Positions 11,942 to 22,200 of a DNA stretch of 64,000 nucleotides are shown here, piece after piece. Each line of letters starts with the position of its first letter. Positions within the stretch are counted from its first letter, which is position 1. Both the position numbers and the translations under genes were made by a program. The notes under the pieces are model-generated. The model worked only from the letters and a program-made list of their open reading frames with translations, did not search any database and was not told where the DNA came from. Source of the stretch: Camelus dromedarius (taxonomy: Eukaryota); NCBI RefSeq assembly GCF_036321535.1, contig NC_087449.1, positions 48,608,001 to 48,672,000 of the forward strand. Direction: 5' to 3'.

Positions 11942-12285
11942 CAGTGATTCTCAAACTTTAGCCTAGGTCAGAATCACCTAGAAAGCTTGTTAAAATGGAT
12001 TACTGGGGTAGCTCACAGCGAAAAAAAATGTGACAATGAATATACGTATGTTCATGTATAACTGAAAAATTGTGCTTTACACTGGGTTTTGACACAATAT
12101 TGTAAAATGACTGTAACTCAATAAAAAAAGTTAAAAAAAAAAAAAAACCCAAAAACCAAAATGGACTACTGGGCTCCATTCCTAGAGCTTTGGATTCAGT
12201 ATGTATGGGACAGGCCTATAATTTGCATTTCTAACAAATTCCCATCCCAGCTGATGCTGCAGGTCTGGAATTTTACAATTTGAAC
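11942..12285. mobile_element. MER5A-like hAT DNA transposon remnant, interrupted by a young L1 3' end
   Basis: CAGTGATTCTCAAACT...GAATCACCT...GGATTCAGTA...ATTTGCATTTCTAACAA...GCTGATGCTGCAGGTCTGG resembles MER5A. Confidence 0.75.
12008..12157 (+). mobile_element. 5'-truncated lineage-specific LINE-1 3' end with poly(A)
   Basis: L1 3'UTR-type sequence ending CTCAATAAAAAAAG...(A)n. 16-bp TSD AAAATGGATTACTGGG (11992-12007) and AAAATGGACTACTGGG (12158-12173). Confidence 0.85.
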
Positions 12286-12713
12286 TCTTTTATGTCTGGT
12301 TCCTTTCACAGAGCAGTTCCAATTTTATGTTTATATTATGGGGGTACTTTTGATTTCAATATTTGAAAGAAGCGTTGTGCACGCACACACACACAAAAGC
12401 CTGGAATCTAGTAGACCAGAAGGCTCTTTGAAGGCAGGAGTATATTTCTTCTTAGTAATCAGTGTAGGCATTGATGTTTAAGAAATAAAAGACTACTTGG
12501 ATGGATGGGTCTTCTAGTAAATAGATTTAAACTCTTATAATTTACCAGCTTAAGTATGTCTCTGGCCAGACTGAAAATTGAACAGAAACTTCCTCAGCCA
12601 TCCTTGGGTTCCAACACCCAATGCAGGGCCCAGCTCAGTGTAAAGTAATTCATACTGGGTCAGAGGATGGAGTGATGAAGGAAGAGGCTCTGGAGGGCAA
12701 CTATACCAGAAGT

Positions 12714-12732
12714 GGCCCCCATAGAGGGCGCC
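12714..12732 (+). promoter_or_regulatory. Candidate CTCF site
   Basis: CCCATAGAGGGCGC (12718-12731) fits the CTCF core CCnnnAGRKGGCRS. Confidence 0.5.
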
Positions 12733-13286
12733 CTCAGGCAGGGACTTCCAGCTGTGGTGGGGGAGGGGCACCAGCGACACAGCTGCTTGCACTTAAGGTG
12801 GACCAAGGGATTTCCCCCACCCAACCTCAGATGTGTGGGAGGACGCAGATAGTTCCCAGTTTCACACCCACTCTTTCCACCCCTTCTACCCGGGTACAGG
12901 AGAAAAGATAGTGTTTTTCTTTATTTTTTTAAAGCAGTAAGAGTGCCAGCACCCCAGGGTTAAACAAAATAAAAATATGAGTGCTTCCTGTGACCAGGCA
13001 CCAGGGAAAGGGCTTTAACAAGATAATTCTCCCCATTTCACAGATGATTAAATTGAGGATTTCTTAACAGGTTCTAGCCCCGGGGTCCTAATTAAGAAGT
13101 GCTGGCAATAGGAGGGGGAAAATTCCTGTGAAACTGCGGTCCCTTCCTCCAAGGGGCCTCCTTAACAGCTGTCCTGCCGGCGTCGCTAGCTGCCCAGCCA
13201 GTTCCTGTCCCTGTCGGAGCCCGCTCTCACCCCGCCTGACGCTCCTGGAGTCTGTCCTGCTGGGCCCCAGGCCCACCACTAGCAGA

Positions 13287-16200
13287 ATGGAGTTCTCGGA
13301 GCTGATCCGTACGGGTCAGGCTCAAGCCGAGCTCCTGCGGGGCCCGGAGGCACCCCCGCTGCGCGGCACGCTGTGTGTCACCGGCCACCACCTGCTGCTG
13401 TCCCCAGGGCCCCAGGCGACTCCGGACCTGTGGCTGCTGCTGTTGCGTAGTGTAGATTCCATCGAGAAGCGGTGAGACGTGGCGGGGAATCCCCATGGTG
13501 GGGAGCGCGCGGCTCGGCCGGCAGAGGGGGAAGGGCAAGTACAGTTGGATCTGGTGTCCCCCTGCATAACATACAATCCTAAGAAACTCGCTTCTCCTCC
13601 CCTGGTAGAGGGCAGGGGACACTAAGCCTAAGCCCGTCCATCCCCAGGGTAGCGGGTGACTGTGGCACCATCACTCTGCGCTGTAAGGACCTGCGAGTCC
13701 TGCAGCTGGACATAGAGGGCGTGGAAGCGACGCTGAACATTGCCCGCTCCATTGAGGTACCGCATCACTTAAGCTACCCTATCCCGTAACGAGGGAAGTA
13801 AACTGGGGTTACTACTCAAGGGGACTCAGCACCCAGTGCTATCTCTGAGCATAGCTAATGGCAAGGGGATGGATGCAGGGTGGTCTGGAGTACGTGGAGA
13901 GACGGGAGCTGCGGAACCAAGGGTTGGATTCCGATCTTTCCTAGACCCCTTGACTTCCTTCCCCAGGCGCTGTCCTCCCTGGAATCGGTTATCACCTCCT
14001 TTCCGTTCTTCTACCGTCCCAAGGGCTTGAGATTGGGCGACGCCTGGCACTTCCATCCGCCCGAACGCTACTACAAGCGAGTAGCTCGTGAGGTGGGCGC
14101 GGTCGTGAGGGCCTGGGAATTTGGGAGCGCCTAGCCGGAAAGGGATGCGGGGACGGCGCACTCAGTGGGTGCCCTAGACCTGGCCCCTTCCTACGCCGCA
14201 GACCAACGCGTGGCGGCTGAGCGAGGCGAACGAGGACTTCAGCTTGTGCCCCAGTTACCCCCGCGCTGTGATCGTGCCTCGCGCTGTTAATGACGATGCC
14301 CTGGCTCTCACCGCCCGCTTCCGCCAGGGAGGCCGCTTCCCAGTGCTCAGCTACCACCATGCTCCCAGCCGAACCGTGAGCCCCGCCCTCCCCAATCCCG
14401 CCGCTAGAACCAACTGCGTTCCTACTTGGCTCTTCTATACTGGCGGGGCCAATTCTCTGCCCTGCAGCGGCCGGGGCTCCTGCCCTATTCTGTCCCCTCC
14501 CGCCCCCCCCCACCCCCGCTCAATCCAGCCTTTACCACGCTGACCCCGCCCCTCTTGCGGGTTTCCGAATCTCGCCTATCTCTGGCCCCGCCTCCGGCTG
14601 GTCTGAGCCCACGAAGCCTCGTCCCTCCTTTTGTCAACCCATAAGCCTCCCACTGCCTACCCTTCGGGTCTCTCCCCACTCCGGCCACAACCCGCCCAGA
14701 CCCAGGTCCGACACTCGTAGGGCTCCTGCGCCCCTGCTCCAGTCTGCAGCCCCTGCTTAGAGACCCTCTGAGTGAAGTCCCTGAACCAGGGCTGGGTGGG
14801 TACGGCTTCCGGAGTTGAGTCCCTGTCCGCAGGTGCTGCTACGTTCCAGCCAGCCCTTGATCGGGCCCCAGAAGCGGCGTTGCGCTGAAGACGAGGCCCT
14901 GCTGCGAGCTGTGCTGGCAGGGTCTCGCCCTGGGGCCCGGGGCTTCATTGTGGATACGCGCTCGGCCCAGACCGCCAAACAGGCCCGCATGACTGGCGGC
15001 GGCACAGAGGCTAAGGCCGCCTACCCGGGCTGGAAAAGGCTGCACCGGCCCCTGGAGAGGTAAGGGACCTTCCCATCTTCTCCTAGGTTCTTTCCTGCCA
15101 TGGGGGCGGGGAAGGGGTGTCTTGCAGGAATCTTGAGGACTGTTAGGTCTTTCCTGGTAGCCATGTCGCCAGGTGGGCATCCCCACTTGCACACTCCTAG
15201 TGACAGAGCTCATTCCTCTCTAGACATCCCAACTCTGCCTGGAAAGAAAAAGCACCTCTTTACATTAACAATGAAACTGAAGTTTGTCTTCCAGGAACAA
15301 CCTCACCACACATACACCTTGCCTTGTTTCCAGCCCTGCCCTGAGAAGTTTGCGGGCACAGTTGTTATGTATTCCCTCTGTGTTCAGGTGATGGCAGTAC
15401 CAAGAGGAAGTCCTGAGAGAGTTATCCTGCTTTGAGGAGAGTGAAATACTCTCCTATCCAGATTACAAAACTCCACTTATTTATTTATTAAACATTGACT
15501 GAGCACTGAGATGGTGGCCAGCCCAGACATGGCTGGAAGATCAGCAGTAAATGAGCGATTAGAATTTATGTGCTCAGTAGCAGCATAGAGGAGGCACCGC
15601 TCTCTTAGACTAGGTCATCAAAAGAAAGTTTCCCTGAAAATAGGATGTTTTAGCTGAGACCTGAAAGAGAGAAAGGGTAAGCCAGAGGGTGGCAGGACAT
15701 TCCAGGTGGAAGGCACTGAGGTGTATAGAACCAGGGAGCCTAGTCATTTGTCCTTTTTGTGGAACTGCAAGTCCTTCAGTATGGTGGAGTGTCGAGTGTG
15801 AGGTGGAGGGTGAGAGATGGATGGAGGTAGAGAGGCTAAAGCGGTGACGGGGGCCTGAGCAAAGGTCTTGAATGCTGTGATTCTGAACTTAGATTTTACC
15901 CTAAAGGCAGTGGGGAGCCACTGAAGGCTTTTTTAAAAAATTGAGGTACCAGGGATTGAACCCAGGACCTCATGAATGCTAAGCATGTGCTCTACCACTG
16001 AGGTATACCCAACCCTCAGAAGACTTTTAAATAAGGCTGAAAAAGTCTCAATTAGATTTTCTGGCAGATTACTGGTGTTCTAAAGCAGAACAGTTTCTGG
16101 AAAGTAGGAGCATATATCAGACCCCCAAGAGTATTATTTCTCTTGTCAGACTGGGGCTCCCCTGGGGATACTGTGTTTCTCCCATCAGATCAGGGTACTT

Positions 16201-18945
16201 CAAGGGTACTATGACACTTTCATCAAATTGGGTGTTTCCCGGGGCATTCTGTGTTTCCCCAGAGGGCTGTGTGACCCCTCTCCAGGTATGGCTAGGCCTC
16301 CCCAACAGACTAGGTCTCCCCAAAGGGTCTTGAGTCTCCTCCACCAGATTGAGGAATCCTCAAGATTGAAGAATCCTCTCCATTAGATTAGCTGGGCTCC
16401 CCAAAGGGCTCTGAGTCCCGCTTGTCAGCTGGGCTCCTTGGAGAGTTTTATGTCTCCCTCAGCGGTCTGGAGCAGTTGTTCTCAGGCTGTGCTCACCAGA
16501 GTCCCACTTGTACAGGGGGCGGCCCCTACAGGAGAGCTTCGTGCACCTGGTGGAGGCCTGTGGGGACCTGGAGCAGAGCATGGACCACTGGCTTAGTCGA
16601 CTAGCGGGCTGCCGCTGGCTGGCACATGTGAAGGAGGCACTGAGCACCGCCTGCCTAGCAGCCCAGGGCATGGAGCGGTAAGCACCTCCCCCAATCCATG
16701 AGACAGAACAGGGCAGGGTGGGCGGGGCTCTCAACACCAGGCCACAAAACCTTGTCTCAGTAAGCAAACAGCCTTGAAATGGGCCCACAGTATTCCTAGC
16801 CTGGCCACCTCAGGCAGGGAAGGACTGGCCACTGTTGATAAGCCCTGGTCGACAGGGAAGGGGCCTGCATCTTGGTACATGGGGCTGAAGGCACAGACAG
16901 CACCCTGGTCGTGACTTCACTGGCCCAGCTCATCCTGGACCCCTCAAGCCGGACCATGGCTGGATTCCAGGAACTGGTAGAGCGAGAGTGGATTCAGGTA
17001 AGTGGCCGCCCAGCCCTACCTCTCCACCCAGAAACCCCACTTCCTTGTGCCCATCGCTCTGCCCCCTCCCCAGGCCGGCCACCCCTTCCAGCTGCGCTGT
17101 GCCCACTCGGCCTTCTCCCACGCCCGCCCCAAGCACGAGGCACCCACTTTTCTCCTCTTCCTGGACTGTGTGTGGCAGCTGGGCCGCCAGTTCCCGCTGT
17201 CGCTGGAGTTTGGGGAGGGGATGCTGTTGGCGCTGTTTGATCACGCCTATGCCTCCCCTTTCGGCACCTTCCTCTGCAACAGCGAACAGGAGAGGTGAGC
17301 TGGCGGGTGTCAAGGTGGGTCAGAGGGCAGGCACAGGACCGGGGCGGGTCCTTGCTACATCAGCACCCTACTTCCCTAGAAGACACCTTTCCCTTTCAAA
17401 TGAGTTTCTCTTTTAGAAAATCTCTTGGTGTCCTGTCCTTCCCTACCTCTGCACTCACACTTCCCTGTAAATTCTGCAAACCCATAAATAGATGGCCAGT
17501 CCCTCAGACCTACTCAAGAACAACTGCATCCCAGCTTAAAAACAAAGACTGAAGGGGAAAGGTGCAGCCAGTTATTTCTGGGGCTCCCTACCACTTTGCA
17601 GGGTTGATTCTAGTGAAGCAATAGATTAGAGGTTGAAAGCTGAGTCAGATTGTTTGGGCTCAAGTTCCCGTCCCACCAGTCACCTGCTGGGTGTTCAAAA
17701 ACAAACCCAAGTCTCTGTTTCATCAGTAGCAAGGAGAGGATTGTAATAGTTGCCAAAATCTAGGGGTGAGGTGGGAGTGTGTGAGAATTAGCTGAGTTAA
17801 AGGCACAGTGCCTGGCACACATGTGCTGGTTATTATTATTTGGTTGGCTTGTTGCATATGCTTGTGATCAGATTTCACTAGCTGTCCTTCTCTCATCAGG
17901 CTGAGATAAGGGGAGGGAGGGGCCCCTCCTCCCTAAGAAGGTGGGGATCATAGTTATCTTCTGTTGCCCAGCTGCCTCCTCCACTTATGTTGTTTTCACT
18001 AACTACACTTATGGGTCCCCCAGGTTAGAAACTGTTCTCTTTAGCTCCCTCTCCCCCATCCTTCTTATTTAGCTTTTCTTTTAAGAATTTCTCAGCTTAG
18101 TCCTTTCCTGTCAAAGGCCCCTCCTACTACCCTAATCCAGACCCTTTCCTTTCCATGTGGGCCATCGGAACAGCTTCCTCAGTGCTCTCATGATCTCCAC
18201 TTTTTTTTTTTTAAACTCATCAGTCCAGACCTATCAATATTCACATTGGTCCCTTTCCCAATTTCTTGCTTTTGCTCCTGCAGTTCCCACTTCTAAGTAT
18301 TTACATGTTTTTGCACCCTTGAACTTCTGCTGCAGAGCCAGCTCCAATGGCCCATTTTTAATTAGCCTTCCCTGATCATCTCAGGCAAAGCTAAGCAGAA
18401 CTCCTTTAAGAACTAGGACTTCATTCCTTTATCGTAATGTCCAATTCAGGATCTGATTGGCAGTAACATTTGCAGGAGAGGTTATCACTGTCCCGGAAGA
18501 GCTGTCACCCTACTTGCCAGGGCCTCCCACCCAGAATCCCAAAGGGCATAGCTGAGTCTGAAAGCTCACTCCCTCATTCCCTCCAGATGCCTGTGTGAAG
18601 TGAGAACTCGAACCCACTCCTTGTGGTCTGGGCTCAATCAGCTAAAGGAGCAACGCAAACTCCGGAACCCACTCTACGTTCCCAATCCCTTGGCCCTCTG
18701 GCCCTCTGTGGAGCCCCAGAGCCTGCGACTGTGGCAAGGTGACCCCCTACCCACCTTCTCCCCTTGGGAGTTCTCTGCTCAGCTTCCTTACCTGTCCTTC
18801 CTCCTCCTCAGGCCTGTTTCTGCGCTGGACCCGTCCACCTGAGCCTTCAGAGGCAGCATGGGAGAAGGTGTGGCAAATAGTGACAGATCAGGAGAAGACA
18901 GAAGGCTCTCAGCCAACAGTTTCAGCCTCTGAGCTCCAACTCTAA
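13287..18945 (+). CDS. MTMR9L: Myotubularin-related protein 9-like (orthologue of human MTMR9LP), intact 543-aa ORF, catalytically dead myotubularin
   Basis: Ten exons, all GT/AG and in frame with no internal stop: 13287-13471, 13648-13756, 13967-14092, 14202-14375, 14833-15059, 16516-16677, 16856-16997, 17074-17294, 18587-18738, 18812-18945 (1632 nt). MEFSELIRT... start, CPSYP, RFPVLSY, ILVHGAEGTDST and FLLFLDCVWQL motifs match MTMR9. Confidence 0.92.
15930..16016 (-). mobile_element. Camelid tRNA-derived SINE
   Basis: Reverse-complement head (GGGATTGAACCCAGGACCTC...CTCTACCACTGAGGTATACCC). Degenerate TSD CTGAAGGCTTT / CAGAAGACTTT. Confidence 0.85.
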
Positions 18946-19102
18946 GTGTTGGTTCCTTGGATAGTGGTTGAGATGTTCCTGAACCCTCTCCCGGCCCCTC
19001 AGCACCTTTGGACCTTGGATGAGGGTGCCTGCAACCCAGCCTAGCCCATAATACTGAAGTTCCAGGTTTGAAGTGTCCAAAGTGTAGGGAGAAGTTCCAA
19101 AT

Positions 19103-19108
19103 AATAAA
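19103..19108 (+). terminator. MTMR9L: MTMR9L polyadenylation signal AATAAA
   Basis: First AATAAA after the stop at 18945 (about 160 nt 3'UTR). Confidence 0.65.
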
Positions 19109-19201
19109 GGTATCATCCATGATTGGTATCAGCTCGCTGGGGTATCACTGCAAAGGGAAAGTGATGAGACAGGCCCCATAAAAATATCTGATCAGAAATC
19201 A

Positions 19202-19223
19202 TTTATTTCCAAACTAATTTATT
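19202..19223 (-). terminator. EIF3I: EIF3I tandem polyadenylation signals
   Basis: TTTATT at 19202-19207 and 19218-19223, 53-74 nt past the stop. Confidence 0.75.
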
Positions 19224-19275
19224 TCTTGGAGTCTGAAACCTTCTGTGACCCTGGCCCAGATGGAGATCCAGCTTC

Positions 19276-22200
19276 TTAAGCCTCAAACTCAAACTCAAAG
19301 TACTGTGGGTCAAAGTAGTGGATGCGGACATAACCATCTTCTCCGCCGCTGCTGTAGCTGGAAAGAGACAGCCAGGGCCCAGTCAGATGCCTGCCCTGGG
19401 GGAGATAAGCCTGGGGGGGCAGGGCATGGGAAAGGGGCAGAGCGGGCAGACCAGGGCTGAGCTCAGCCTCCTTCACCGGGCCCTACCTCTTGCCGTCAGG
19501 ATGGAAGGCAACGCTGTTGATAGGTCCGAAGTGGCCCTTGACTCTTCCAAACTCTTCTTCAAAGGCCAAGTGGAAGAACCTGGAGGAGAGGTGGGTGGTA
19601 GGGTGGGGTGGGATGGCACAGTTAATTCATTCTCCACCTCCTTCCAAAGTGGTCAGAGGTATCTTCTCAAATGCAAACCACAAAGTGGGGAAAGTGGGAC
19701 AAGGGGAAATGAAAATGAATGAAACAAGACAAAGTTGGGGGAAGACTGGACCCAAAAGTCTTCCCTACTATGTGCTGGACAGTGCTCTAAGAGCTTAACA
19801 ACTATTAACTTATTTAATCTGCAGTTTTATGAGGTAAGTATATTATCATTGTCCCCATTTTATAGTCAAGGATAATGGCAGAGAGAACTACAATGCTGTG
19901 TAGGGCTTCAGAGCAAGAGAGTTCATGTTCTTAACTATTTTATTCACTCGTCACAGGAGGGCCACAAATTGGCTGTACTTCCTAGCAGCCAATGAATTAA
20001 GGGAGGTCTCCTTGTACGGTTTTTGTCCATCATGAAAGACATTTCATGATATCTCGGTCTGGAAGAGCTCCTTCCCCCTTTACCTGGCCTCGAACTTGCC
20101 AATCCTAGTGGAGGTAGTGGTTACATCCATGGCTTCCTGACCACCGCCCAGCACCACCTGAAGGGCAGAAGAAACTCTAGACAGGCCCAAAGCACAGGCA
20201 AGTCCATTTTCTGTTTTCCCACCACCCTATAAGCCTTTAAAATCTCCCACATCAGACGGGGAAGACACCAAGGGTAAGGAACAAACAGATCCTTCAGCCA
20301 CCTCCTGCCCTGTCCCCTGGGGCTTCCCAGTCATTCAGCCTTGTTTTTGCTCTGGGCATTTCCTCTCTGCCTGACACTATATCCCCCCAGAGTTCCTTTC
20401 TTAATTGCTAGACAGACAGCTAGATCTTAGAAGCATTCTGAGGCTTTGATAGGAAGCTTGAGTGGGGTTCTCTTACATGATCATAGTTGGGAGAGAGGGC
20501 AGCTGAGTTGACGGGACGTTCTGTCCGGAAAGTCTTCTGGTGTTCAAGGGTTGTGGAGTCAAAGAGCTAGAGAGAGAAGATGACGAGGAATCTGTAAAAG
20601 GAGACTTCTTGGGAAGTCGGGCAAGTTGAGAGTCATGCAGGAGGGTGGGAGAAGCCCNNNNNNNNNNNNNNNNNNNNNNNNNNNNNNNNNNNNNNNNNNN
20701 NNNNNNNNNNNNNNNNNNNNNNNNNNNNNNNNNNNNNNNNNNNNNNNNNNNNNNNNNNNNNNNNNNNNNNNNNNNNNNNNNNNNNNNNNCAGACTGTGGA
20801 AGGAAGAAGAACAATGCTCTGACCAGCTCGACCCCCACTGTTCAGCAAAGGGTCTATGCTGTTTCTTGTCCCATTAACAAATGGGAGGGGAGGTCTGGGT
20901 TGGGCTTGCCTCAGTATCCCTGAGTCAGCATTTACTCCCACTCCCAAGACCAAGCCTGTCCCTCGAAAAAACACATGCTTATGGTGACAAATCTACAGAA
21001 CTATTAATTAATCATTCTGTAACAGCACAGCAATTTCCATTTAATCCTCTTCCAACAAATACTTATTGAATGGCTCTATTTGCCAAGTGTTGTGCTGAGC
21101 ACTTACCACCTATTTCCTTTAATCCTCACAACAATCCTATGAAGTGGGTATTTTAACAGAAATTTTCAAAGGTAGAAACTAAGATCCAGAGGTGATGTGA
21201 CTTGTTGGAGACCAGTAAGAGGTAAAGAGACAGCACGTATCCCCTTCTCTTGTAGGATCTTGGTCACAGTTCATGGGAACCGGGCACATTCATCTTTTTT
21301 TAGGTCTTCTCAAAGGGCCACTTCATCTCCTGATTTCCCTTCCCACTAAACAACCTGCTAGACTGTGTAATTCAAAGAGCTTTAGAGTCTGCCTTTAAAA
21401 GTGCTTCTGTGTGCCTCAATTTCTCTATCTAGAAAACAAGATTATTAAAGGCCCCCAGGGTCACTGTAAGGATACTGGGACTGGGTCTTATTGACTGTGT
21501 GTGACACCTGGGCACCTGGGCTATGCTCTGTACACATTTGTTAGATGACTCAAACGCCTTAAGCATTAGGCCTCACACAGAGACCCTCAGAAAACTGTCA
21601 CTTTCTTTCCTGAATTATTTTACCTATTATGAGGGAAGAATTATGCTTATGTCCTCCATTAATTTGGACACACAGTAGGGACGTATCTGGCTCCTACATC
21701 TTGCAGAACAAGTACCAGTTTTGCAGTCAGGCCTACCTGCAGCCCACATCAGCTCCACTGTTTGCTAGCATCCAGTGTTATTTTGTTTGTTTGTTTGTTT
21801 GGGGGGGGAGATCATTAGGTCTATTTAATTTACTATATTATTAGTTTTTTTTTTTTTTTTAAATGGAGGACTGGGGATTGAACCCAGGACCTCATGCATG
21901 CTAAGTATGTGTTCTACCACTTGAGCTACATGAAGCATTAATTTAGATCTCTGACCTTGGTTCCCATTCCCTTCCTCCAAGTAGGCCCGTTACCTTAGTG
22001 GACCACAGTCAGAGCTGGCTGAGTGACTGATTAACCTTTATGGTATCACATTCCAGCACAGCACTCCCCAGAAACCCAGGCACCCACAACTGAAATCTGA
22101 GGCAGCCGGGACTTTTCCCTTTCCCTAATCCTCCATTTCATCAGTCAGCCCTGAATGCCTCTTGACTATCTGGTACTCCACGTCTCTGTGGCTATTGCCT

